Positions 48,649 through 57,108 of a stretch of DNA of 64,000 bases are shown here, one piece after another. The position numbers were made by a program, and so were the translations under genes. Each line of letters opens with the position of its first letter. Within the stretch, counting starts at the first letter, position 1. The notes beneath the pieces are model-generated. The model did no database searches, was not told the DNA's origin, and saw only the letters and a program-made list of their open reading frames with translations. Source of the stretch: a virus; the IMG/VR virus record IMGVR_UViG_3300025770_000656; one strand, given 5' to 3'.

Positions 48649-48669
48649 ATACACTAAAGGAGATCATCA

Positions 48670-48987
48670 ATGGCACAATATGGAGAATACGGCGGCCCTA
48701 TCAAAGACACGTTAGGAAAGCAGAGTATTACTTGCGTCAGTAATACCAATGTTGCAACAACTATTACTCATCCAGACCAGACAGGTTCAGGCAGTAGTAG
48801 ATTAGTAACAATGATTATTACATCTAGTGGCAATGCAACACTAGAAATAAATGGCGTAGCAGATGCAAACAGTCTCGCTATTACAAGCAGTGACACGGTG
48901 ATTGCAAGAATAGCAAGTGGCGGAACTTTAGGTGCTCGCGGAACTGCTAGTACACCTACCGTTACAGTTAACAAAGTAGTCTGCTAA
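48670..48987 (+). CDS. Small structural protein (paralogue A)
   Basis: MAQYGEYGGPIKDTLG; late promoter at 48645. Confidence 0.6.
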   Translation: MAQYGEYGGPIKDTLGKQSITCVSNTNVATTITHPDQTGSGSSRLVTMIITSSGNATLEINGVADANSLAITSSDTVIARIASGGTLGARGTASTPTVTVNKVVC

Positions 48988-49316
48988 TGGCTGATTTTGG
49001 AGAATTTGGCGGGCCAATTAAAGACTACTTAGGTAGTCAAACTATTTCTGCTCCTGATGCCAGTAATATTAGCACTGTTATTACAGATCCACGTTCTATT
49101 GGCAGTGAGAGTAACAAAACAATGACTTGTTTAATTACAACTAGTCACGATGTTAAGATTGAGATTAACGAAGCCGCAACAGATGCTAATAGCTTGGCTA
49201 TTGGTTCCAGTGATACATTAATAATTAAACTAGCAAGCGGTGCTACTCTTGGTGCATTTGGTAAACGAGGCGGCTCGGCTGTTAGTACTGTCACAGTAAA
49301 GAAGTACGTCTCATAG
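48987..49316 (+). CDS. Small structural protein (paralogue B)
   Basis: MADFGEFGGPIKDYLG; shares DANSLAI.SSDT.I...ASG.TLGA with paralogue A. Confidence 0.6.
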   Translation: MADFGEFGGPIKDYLGSQTISAPDASNISTVITDPRSIGSESNKTMTCLITTSHDVKIEINEAATDANSLAIGSSDTLIIKLASGATLGAFGKRGGSAVSTVTVKKYVS

Positions 49317-49360
49317 ATAATATATCGACACCCGCCGCCGGAAGGTAGTATAATAAAACA

Positions 49361-51480
49361 ATGTTCTTAGGCATTTTAACACTCTTCGTAGCATTGTGTA
49401 TATCAGCAATAGCCGCATATTATAGTATTGTTGGATTAACCGCAATCTTTGCGGCGGCCTTTGTGCCTATTGTTCTAATGGGTGCCGTGCTAGAAATTGG
49501 CAAACTTGTTTCTACAATATGGCTTAAAATATATTGGCAAAGAGCACCAAAACTCCTTCGTAGCTATCTGGTATTAGCAGTCTTTGCACTCATGTTTATA
49601 ACAAGCATGGGTATCTTTGGATTTCTAAGCAAAAGTCATATTGAACAAAGTTCAGTAGGGCAAGAACAACTAGCTCAAGCCACAGTTGTTGACGATAAAA
49701 TAGCTAGAAGTGATGCAAAAGTAAGTCGTTGGAAAAATGAAATAGAACGCCTTAATAAGGGTGAAACCAGTGGACGTATAGATGCGCTTATTAGCCGTGA
49801 ACAAAAACGTATCAGGAATGCTAATTCGAGATTAAAACCTGAAATTGATGCAGAAAATGCTAAAATACCTGGATTAAGAGCACAAGCTCAAGTTGAGGTT
49901 GAACAACAAAATAAACGTTTAAAAGATGCTCAAAAACGCAGTGCAGCTGATATTAAGATAGCAAATGATAAATTAGCACAACTAGACAAAGATGTAGAAG
50001 CCTACACATCAGGTGGTGTTAAAATTGGCACATTTAGTGATACTGACTTGGTTGCTAAGGGTGCAGAATTGCGTAGAACCCAAAAGCCTGAGCGTGATAC
50101 AATACAGGCCCAAATAGCGCAAGCAAAGAAAAATGAAATAGGTGTTGCTAGTAGGGTTCAGCGAGAAATAAGAAAAATTAATAATAAATTAGGTAACCAA
50201 ATTAAGGCTGTTGAAGCTCGCATTGCAAAGATACGTGAGAGTATTGCCCCAACTATTGAGAGTGCAAATGCAAACATTGCAAAATACACAGTAGAGGCTG
50301 GTAGTGCTAATAAAAACGTAGATAGCCGTATATCAGAATTAGAAACAAACATAGAAAATGAAATACCTATTATTGATAAATTACGCGAAGATAGGTTTGT
50401 ATTTGAAAAGAAATATAGACAGTTTGAAGCAGAAGTAGGCCCTGTCAAATATATTGCTGAGCTAATCTATGGTGAAGCTGATAGAACATTGTTAGAAGCG
50501 GCTGTACGTTGGGTAATAATTATAATTGTCGCAGTTTTTGATCCGTTAGCAGTATGTCTTGTATTAGCAGGCACCATGGCAATTAGTTGGTGGCGTAAAG
50601 ATAAAGCAGCTATGAGACCTAAGGGTTTAAAAGCCGCAGAAGAAAGAGTAGAGGAACTCGAAATGGAACTAAAAAAACATAATGAAATCTTAGACGAAAT
50701 TGAAAAACTATTAGATAGTAATCTAGGAAACGTTAACCCTGAGATGTATGCAAAGTTACAGGAAGAACATGCTGCATTGCTAGCAGAACAGGTCGACATG
50801 GAAGCAGCACTTGCTAAGTCCAAGGAAGAAACCGAGTTACTTGTGGACAAGGTAGTACAAACTGAAAGCGAACGTGACGATTATAAAGATCAACTTGATG
50901 CATTAGCCGCCCATATGGGTGAACATACATCAAAGATAGAACAGCTATTAGCTCAAATTGCAGAGTTACAAGCAGAAGTTGAACGTCGTGATGAGATTGT
51001 TGGCCGGATGGCAGAAAAATACCAACTAGTAGAAAAAGATAGCTTTGGTGATGAGTTAGTTGCTGAAGTAGTGCCTGACGCTCCAAGTAATATACCTGTT
51101 GCAGATCCGGAAGTCAGCATTACAGACTTAGCTGAAGATCTAGAAAAAAAGTAACGCAGGCTTCTACGCTACACATTCCTAGTAGGAGCCTGGAAGAAGA
51201 ATACAATATACCAGAGGGTGCTAATGTTAACTTTGGCACATGGTTTCCAACGTCTCCTGACAAAGGTGATTTGTTTATACGTGTAGATGTATTACCAAAC
51301 AAGTTGTTTAGATTTACCAGTGACAAGTGGATTGAGATACCTAAAACTAGAACAAGCAGTTACCTGGGTAACCAAGAATACCTAGATCATCTTATAAGTG
51401 ATGTAAATGCAGGACGCATTAATATAGAACAGTTGACAGAAGATGAACGAGAAGAGATAGCAAGATTATTAGATGACTAA
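49361..51480 (+). CDS. Multi-TM coiled-coil membrane protein; short form ends at 51154, -1 frameshift form ends at 51480
   Basis: Three N-terminal TM helices, long coiled coil, further TM; A_AAA_AAG TAA at 51145-51154; -1 frame open 51151-51480. Confidence 0.75.
51145..51192 (+). promoter_or_regulatory. Programmed -1 ribosomal frameshift signal
   Basis: A_AAA_AAG heptamer, 5-nt spacer, 11-bp stem caggcttctac/gtaggagcctg (one G:U pair), 14-nt loop. Confidence 0.7.
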
Positions 51481-51835
51481 ATTTACAATAGTTACACCAC
51501 CAGACTTTTATTTAATGGATCAGCCTAGTATATTAAGTATTGGATATGAAAGCAATAATCAAGCAGTATGCAACTACATAAAAGATGTTAATTTAGATAT
51601 TACTATATACCTAGCAGGTCCAAACAGTGATTTAAACTGGCTAATTAATGTTTCTAACAACGTTGATTATATATTGTTAAATACAGAAGTAAACCAATTG
51701 GTAACAGGATTATTAATTGACAAACCTAAGACAAACTACTATAATAATATTATAGACTTTGAACTAATTAATAAACAGCAAATTGAAGATCCAGTTGGAT
51801 TTTTAGTAAGTTGGACGAAAGATCTAGAGGAATAA
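51473..51835 (+). CDS. Hypothetical protein
   Basis: Its start overlaps the stop of the -1 frame extension, which supports that extension being coding. Confidence 0.65.
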   Translation: MTKFTIVTPPDFYLMDQPSILSIGYESNNQAVCNYIKDVNLDITIYLAGPNSDLNWLINVSNNVDYILLNTEVNQLVTGLLIDKPKTNYYNNIIDFELINKQQIEDPVGFLVSWTKDLEE

Positions 51836-52060
51836 ATGCCAAAACAAAGAGTTAAGCGTGGACTTACTGTAGAAGTTCACAATAACAATATCAACAAGGC
51901 CTGGCGCCGACTTAAGAAAATGGTGCAAGAAGATGGTCTTCTACAAACACTAAGAGATAAAGAGCGGTACACTAAACCCAGTGCCCGCCGTCGCAAAGCT
52001 AGAGATATGGCTCGTAAGCGTTGGTTAAAAAAGCAACGTGAACTTGAAAGTAATTTTTAG
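51836..52060 (+). CDS. rpsU: Ribosomal protein bS21
   Basis: V.VHNNNINKAWRRLKK...G.LQ.LRDKERYTKPS.RRRK. Confidence 0.9.
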   Translation: MPKQRVKRGLTVEVHNNNINKAWRRLKKMVQEDGLLQTLRDKERYTKPSARRRKARDMARKRWLKKQRELESNF

Positions 52061-52079
52061 TTAGGTGATAAATAGGGTA

Positions 52080-52146
52080 GAAGGCGCCAGTTAGCTGGGC
52101 TTTCATAAAATAGTAATCTTGCTTTTAAAAAGGAGATATAGCAATG
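52080..52146 (+). promoter_or_regulatory. ROSE-like RNA thermometer in the hsp20 5' UTR
   Basis: 5' hairpin gaaggc.ccag-ttag-ctgg.gctttc, then tcttgct (U-U-G-C-U) pairing with SD aaggaga with a bulged G. Confidence 0.6.
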
Positions 52147-52590
52147 AACACAACATTAACTACACTTGACATCCCCACACTATCACGTAATTTCATTGGC
52201 ATCGATCGTATAATGGATCGTATGCTTGCACAACATACTGTTAGTGATCAGGGATATCCCCCATACAACGTTATCAAACAAGACGATGATACTTTTACTA
52301 TCGAAGTAGCAGTAGCAGGTATTCCCAAAGAAGGCCTTTGTGTGAATACACACGAAGGTGTACTTACAATTGAGGCTAACATTGAAAAACTAGCCAAAGA
52401 TGTTAAAGACACTGAGCCTGAATACCTACATAAAGGCATCGCTGGCAGACGTTTTTCACGCACATTTAATCTAGCAGAGCATGTTTATGTAAAGTCTGCA
52501 GACGTTGAAAATGGTATTCTCAGCGTTCAGCTGGTACGTGAAGTTCCAGAGGAATTAAAGCCCAGAAATATCCCTGTTACATTCGTGTAA
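52144..52590 (+). CDS. Small heat shock protein Hsp20 (IbpA-like)
   Basis: YPPYNVIK, IEVAVAG, YLHKGIA.R.FSRTF.L, NGILSV.L. Confidence 0.95.
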   Translation: MNTTLTTLDIPTLSRNFIGIDRIMDRMLAQHTVSDQGYPPYNVIKQDDDTFTIEVAVAGIPKEGLCVNTHEGVLTIEANIEKLAKDVKDTEPEYLHKGIAGRRFSRTFNLAEHVYVKSADVENGILSVQLVREVPEELKPRNIPVTFV

Positions 52591-52596
52591 ATAATT

Positions 52597-52620
52597 GTGG
52601 GGGAGAGTAATCTCCCCCAC
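52597..52620. terminator. Strong hairpin (terminator or 5' stabiliser)
   Basis: gtgggggaga-gtaa-tctcccccac; no T-tract on the + strand. Confidence 0.6.
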
Positions 52621-52644
52621 TAACTAAACAACCGGAGAAGTATA

Positions 52645-52950
52645 ATGTCTGAGCAAACTGACACAAAAGAGAGAATTCGTCCCATACTAGATATTGAGCC
52701 GCCCAAGGATTATAAAGTTATCTATGTAAATGATGAGGTAACTACATTTGAATTTGTGAGTGAAAGTTTAGTTAGAGTCTTTGATTACGATCCAGGCAAA
52801 GCACAAAAGAAAAGTATAGAGATTAGTGATCAAGGTGCTGGTATTGTTGCAGTGCTTCCATTTGAACTTGCAGAACAAAAAGGTGTAGAAGTTCTAGTAA
52901 GTGCAAGACATAATGGTTTTCCTCTAGAGGTTAAATTAGAACAAGAATAA
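52645..52950 (+). CDS. clpS: ATP-dependent Clp protease adaptor ClpS
   Basis: YKVIYVNDEVTTFEFV, G.GIVAV.P.E.AE.K, FPLEVKLE. Confidence 0.9.
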   Translation: MSEQTDTKERIRPILDIEPPKDYKVIYVNDEVTTFEFVSESLVRVFDYDPGKAQKKSIEISDQGAGIVAVLPFELAEQKGVEVLVSARHNGFPLEVKLEQE

Positions 52951-52951
52951 G

Positions 52952-52980
52952 TTGACTTATCTTTTATACTATTCTATAAT
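52952..52980 (+). promoter_or_regulatory. Sigma70-type promoter
   Basis: TTGACT-17-TATAAT. Confidence 0.8.
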
Positions 52981-52989
52981 AGTTATACC

Positions 52990-54102
52990 ATGAGAATAGA
53001 AAATCAATTAAAATTAGATTATTCTAATGTACTATTACGGCCAAAGAGAAGCACTTTGGGTAGTAGAAAAAACGTAGACCTTTTAAGAACATACCATTTT
53101 AGGAATAGCGGTGCTGAATACACTGGTATTCCAATCATTGCCGCTAACATGGACGGTGTTGGCACTCGTGAAATGAATGGTGTACTTTCAACACATGGCA
53201 TGCTAACGGCTCTAACTAAACACTTTAATATAGCTACACTAGTTGAACATTTTAATGAGGCACCCAGTTGGCATGCTGCATATAGTATGGGAATCACAGA
53301 TAATGATTTAGCTAAATTTCGTGCAGTAAACGTTGGGTCTCACATTAAGTACGTATGTATTGATGTTGCTAATGGATATAGCGAAAGATTTTTAAATTTT
53401 GTTGGAAACTTTAGAGACGAATTTCCTAACAAAACTATTATTGCTGGCAATGTTGTAACAGGCGATGTTACAGAAGAGTTAATTTTAAAAGGGGCAGATG
53501 TTGTTAAAGTTGGTATCGGCCCTGGTAGTGTTTGCACTACTCGCATTAAAACAGGTGTTGGTTATCCTCAACTTTCGGCAGTTATTGAATGCGCTGATGC
53601 TGCTCATGGCTTAGGTGGACATATTATTGCTGATGGTGGCTGCACTAGTCCTGGAGACGTTGCAAAGGCTTTTGCCGGCGGCGCTGATTTTGTAATGCTT
53701 GGTGGAATGTTAGCAGGACACGATGAAGGCGGCGGTGATGTTATTACACGATATTACCAAAGTAACGAAGTCCAGCATATGCATGATGATGGCTTTGGTG
53801 GAGACATACCAACAAAGGATTACTATAAGCCTATTATTCAAGAAAAACATTTTGTACAGTTTTATGGAATGAGCTCAAAAGCCGCAAATGACAAACATAG
53901 CGGTGGATTAAAGGAGTATCGCAGCAGTGAAGGGCGAGAAGTTCTTATACCTTACCGCGGACCAGTGGAAGAAACTATTATGGACTTGCTTGGTGGTATA
54001 CGTAGTGCTTGCACTTACGTTGGTGCTCGTCGCTTAAAAGATTTATCAAAATGCACAACATTTATTCGTTGTGCTGACACACATAATAGAGTATATGAAT
54101 AA
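52990..54102 (+). CDS. guaC: GMP reductase
   Basis: [63 protein letters not shown]. Confidence 0.95.
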   Translation: MRIENQLKLDYSNVLLRPKRSTLGSRKNVDLLRTYHFRNSGAEYTGIPIIAANMDGVGTREMNGVLSTHGMLTALTKHFNIATLVEHFNEAPSWHAAYSMGITDNDLAKFRAVNVGSHIKYVCIDVANGYSERFLNFVGNFRDEFPNKTIIAGNVVTGDVTEELILKGADVVKVGIGPGSVCTTRIKTGVGYPQLSAVIECADAAHGLGGHIIADGGCTSPGDVAKAFAGGADFVMLGGMLAGHDEGGGDVITRYYQSNEVQHMHDDGFGGDIPTKDYYKPIIQEKHFVQFYGMSSKAANDKHSGGLKEYRSSEGREVLIPYRGPVEETIMDLLGGIRSACTYVGARRLKDLSKCTTFIRCADTHNRVYE

Positions 54103-54848
54103 TGGTATTTAATAAAGTATTACATGAACGCAGATTACAGGCAGTGGCAAGCATTGTTAACTATAAAAAAGAGAAACAACGCTTTCATTCAGTACAAGCA
54201 GATCCAATAGCTTGTGCAGTACACATGTATGACAGACCAGAATGGCGAACCAAATTAGCTGCCCGTTCCACCACTGGTGACAGATCAGAGTTTCAGCAAG
54301 TTGCTCCTATGGTACGTAAACGAGATGTAAAAAAAGCTGGTCAGATCAGAGACTACTTTAGTAAAAAGTTTTTAATGATTCAGCTAGCTGGAGAATATCT
54401 TAGTCAGTATAGACGAGAACTATTAAAAATGCTTACAAGAAATAACGATAATTTTGGTGATGATGAAACGGGTATGATAATGAGTCTCCCCAGACTATTC
54501 ATTGAAGATCAATTCTTAGACGAACTTAAAGAAAACTACAATAATGATCCATGGATTGATACAACCAGCGAAAGAGATGTAAATCGCACTCTTACCTATA
54601 TTGGTTGCCATACTAAGAAGAGTCATAGATATACTGGGTATAGAAAAAGTGAATTTACATGCAACTGGTTTCATGACGAAGACGATAGACTTTATCTTAT
54701 TGAAACAGACATCGATAGCCCGTATAGGATGATTTGGCAAGATCTTATCCAGTATGCTTTGGATATCAAAGGCGACCCAGTAAAGTGTACCAAGCGTGAT
54801 GGCATGCATTATTACGAACTACATAACTGGTTTATTTTAAATAAATAA
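54102..54848 (+). CDS. Hypothetical protein
   Basis: TAATG-coupled 248 aa ORF. Confidence 0.6.
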   Translation: MVFNKVLHERRLQAVASIVNYKKEKQRFHSVQADPIACAVHMYDRPEWRTKLAARSTTGDRSEFQQVAPMVRKRDVKKAGQIRDYFSKKFLMIQLAGEYLSQYRRELLKMLTRNNDNFGDDETGMIMSLPRLFIEDQFLDELKENYNNDPWIDTTSERDVNRTLTYIGCHTKKSHRYTGYRKSEFTCNWFHDEDDRLYLIETDIDSPYRMIWQDLIQYALDIKGDPVKCTKRDGMHYYELHNWFILNK

Positions 54849-54852
54849 CTGT

Positions 54853-55926
54853 ATGCTATTACGTGATTTATTCGAATATCAAGACCTAGAGGCAGAAAAG
54901 CAAAATATTATTGCTAGAGTTTCTGGTCTAAGCGCAGAGAACGAACAAGATGCAGCGTTGTTGGACAGGATCTACAAGATACTTAACAGCGGCACAATCG
55001 GCAGTAATATTACTAATGCTCTAATGACTCCAACCGCAGATGAAAATCTAGGTGAAAAAGAGCTAGATAAAGTTAGAAAAGATATTACAAAAATTCTTGC
55101 TGGTTTAGATAGCGATTATAAAAATTTAAGTAACTTCCTAGGAAAATTAGAGCAGGGCGGTGTAGTAGATATCGGCCAATTATCAAAGCCTTTAAACACA
55201 TTAGGCAACGTGTTTGGTGGAGATCCTGTAGCACTCAACGCCTTTATTGCATTATCTAGATACGGTGTAGGTGTTAAGCAAAAAGGACCTTGTGAGTTTG
55301 CTCTTGCTTGTTTAAGTAATCAAATTAAACTAGCAGATGGTGAAGGAGACTTAGAAGTTGTCGGGCTTGGTAAAGTAGAACTTAAAGCAGCATTGGGTCC
55401 AGCAGGTGGTAGAATTGGCTATGGTGGCGGATCACAAAAAGCTAAAACTCAGATTGTTCAGAAGTATGCAGAGGTTATTCCCACTATTGCCAATCATATT
55501 AACAGCAAAGGCGGCAGTATCGGACTCGGACCGTTTATTAAAGCATTAAACAATGACTTACCTATTAGTGATCAAAATAACAGACAAATAAGAAAAGATT
55601 TAATGAACGAATTGCTGGGAATGGACTTAGAGCAGTATACAGGCCCAGTAGCAGACGTTATAGCAAACAGTGATGACGTTGCCAAGATTGAACAAACATA
55701 CATGACGCAAAACTTTGAATGGTATAAAAACCGTGATGATTTCGATGCATTGTCCCTTATTAGCATACCAAGTATGAAAACAGCAATGATAAAAGATGCT
55801 AATTCGTTAATACAATTTAGAACCAGTGGGCAGTCTAATGCGCCAAGTATTAGTATTATTCCCACACAGGCAGGTGCCGGCCGCGAACAATGGGCACAAC
55901 TTACCTTAAATAAAGCAAAAATGTAG
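54853..55926 (+). CDS. Probable packaged protein with PD-(D/E)xK-like motif
   Basis: MLLRDLFE leader, late promoter; GPCEFAL...GEGDLEV..LGKVELK. Confidence 0.5.
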   Translation: MLLRDLFEYQDLEAEKQNIIARVSGLSAENEQDAALLDRIYKILNSGTIGSNITNALMTPTADENLGEKELDKVRKDITKILAGLDSDYKNLSNFLGKLEQGGVVDIGQLSKPLNTLGNVFGGDPVALNAFIALSRYGVGVKQKGPCEFALACLSNQIKLADGEGDLEVVGLGKVELKAALGPAGGRIGYGGGSQKAKTQIVQKYAEVIPTIANHINSKGGSIGLGPFIKALNNDLPISDQNNRQIRKDLMNELLGMDLEQYTGPVADVIANSDDVAKIEQTYMTQNFEWYKNRDDFDALSLISIPSMKTAMIKDANSLIQFRTSGQSNAPSISIIPTQAGAGREQWAQLTLNKAKM

Positions 55927-56052
55927 TACGTATGCAGTTAACGCATATCTGACATAGAATCTATGCGCCCGACTTTTGATTGCTAGGTCGGTAAATAGCA
56001 GTGTATAATAATATTATACAATAACACATATACACATACAAGGAACAACATA

Positions 56053-56211
56053 ATGTTAAACTTCTTTAAAGCATTAGTAGACACTCGAACTCTGAAATTA
56101 AATGGCACTGGCGATACGACAGGATTGCATACCTATTACGTAACTGAGTTTGGGCAAATTGAAGGTGAAAGACTTTACCGCCAATTTAAACTCGATCAGG
56201 GAGAAAGATAA
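56053..56211 (+). CDS. Small protein (52 aa)
   Basis: SD AAGGA; MLNFFKALVDTRTL...; TAATG-coupled to the next ORF. Confidence 0.55.
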   Translation: MLNFFKALVDTRTLKLNGTGDTTGLHTYYVTEFGQIEGERLYRQFKLDQGER

Positions 56212-56339
56212 TGTCTTTTTTCCAAAAAATAATTGAAATGTGCGAAGAGGCAGGAAGAGCCCGAGCGCAAAGAGAGCTTCACAGGCATTCATATCTAGCT
56301 CAATACGATATTCATTCTAAAGGAAAGGTTACAAGATAA
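56211..56339 (+). CDS. Small protein (42 aa)
   Basis: MSFFQKIIEMCEEAGRARAQRELHRHS...; TAATG coupling on both sides. Confidence 0.55.
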   Translation: MSFFQKIIEMCEEAGRARAQRELHRHSYLAQYDIHSKGKVTR

Positions 56340-56398
56340 TGTGGCCTTATACTGATGAAGAAGCTGACTACTTAAACGGAAAAGCTCCTAAGAAATAA
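56339..56398 (+). CDS. Micro-peptide (19 aa)
   Basis: MWPYTDEEADYLNGKAPKK; TAATG-coupled. Confidence 0.4.
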   Translation: MWPYTDEEADYLNGKAPKK

Positions 56399-56400
56399 AG

Positions 56401-56477
56401 TTGTAATGTAGGGCATAACGTTTAAGTTTTAAAACTTAAACGTTTGCGCCTAGTAGCAGAGCTACGAGAGATTACAA
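56401..56477. ncRNA. Candidate structured RNA or bidirectional terminator
   Basis: Outer ttgtaat/attacaa helix encloses a perfect 28-bp palindrome (56417-56444) and a gtagc-aga-gctac hairpin. Confidence 0.35.
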
Positions 56478-56494
56478 TGGTGCTAGATTTATAA

Positions 56495-57100
56495 TTATTT
56501 TCCGCTCATTGCATTAAGAGGATTGTTTAATGCTTTTGTGATTTGCTTACTTACTCGATCCTCTAATTCTTTCTGTGCTTTCTTTAACCGGTCTTCTAAA
56601 TTATCCATATCAGTCCGCAGTTGTTCTCTACGTTTATCAAAACGGTCACCACTATCTGTTACTAACTTACGAACTTTGGTATCATTTGTTTCTATGCTAT
56701 CTCTTACCATACGGAACGCATTCTTTCCACGTTTCTCTATGCCATCTACCTGCTTAGACATTGTGTGGAGCTCATCTTTAAGATCTGTTTTTATTTCTTT
56801 TGTATAGTCCCTAGCATCCTGAATTAGTTCTTCTTTGGCTTGTACCTCGGTCTTAAGGCTAAGCATTTCTTCTTTTAGCACCGCAAGTTTTTTATCAAAT
56901 CCTGACAAGTCTGGCGCAGTATAACTCTCTATTTTCTTTTTCATATCCATGTAATCTTTATACACTTCGAAACCTCCATAGAGACCGCCTACTAGTGTGC
57001 TAAGTGCGGTAATTATTACAAATATTTTACCACCTCGAAACTTAACACCGGCAAACTCTACTTCTGTTTTAATTTCATCTGTTTTAATTTCTTCAGCCAT
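56495..57100 (-). CDS. Membrane-anchored coiled-coil protein
   Basis: N-terminal TM (IFVIITALSTLVGGLYGGF), then heptad repeats. Confidence 0.7.
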   Translation of the reverse strand: MAEEIKTDEIKTEVEFAGVKFRGGKIFVIITALSTLVGGLYGGFEVYKDYMDMKKKIESYTAPDLSGFDKKLAVLKEEMLSLKTEVQAKEELIQDARDYTKEIKTDLKDELHTMSKQVDGIEKRGKNAFRMVRDSIETNDTKVRKLVTDSGDRFDKRREQLRTDMDNLEDRLKKAQKELEDRVSKQITKALNNPLNAMSGK

Positions 57101-57108
57101 TGTATTTC

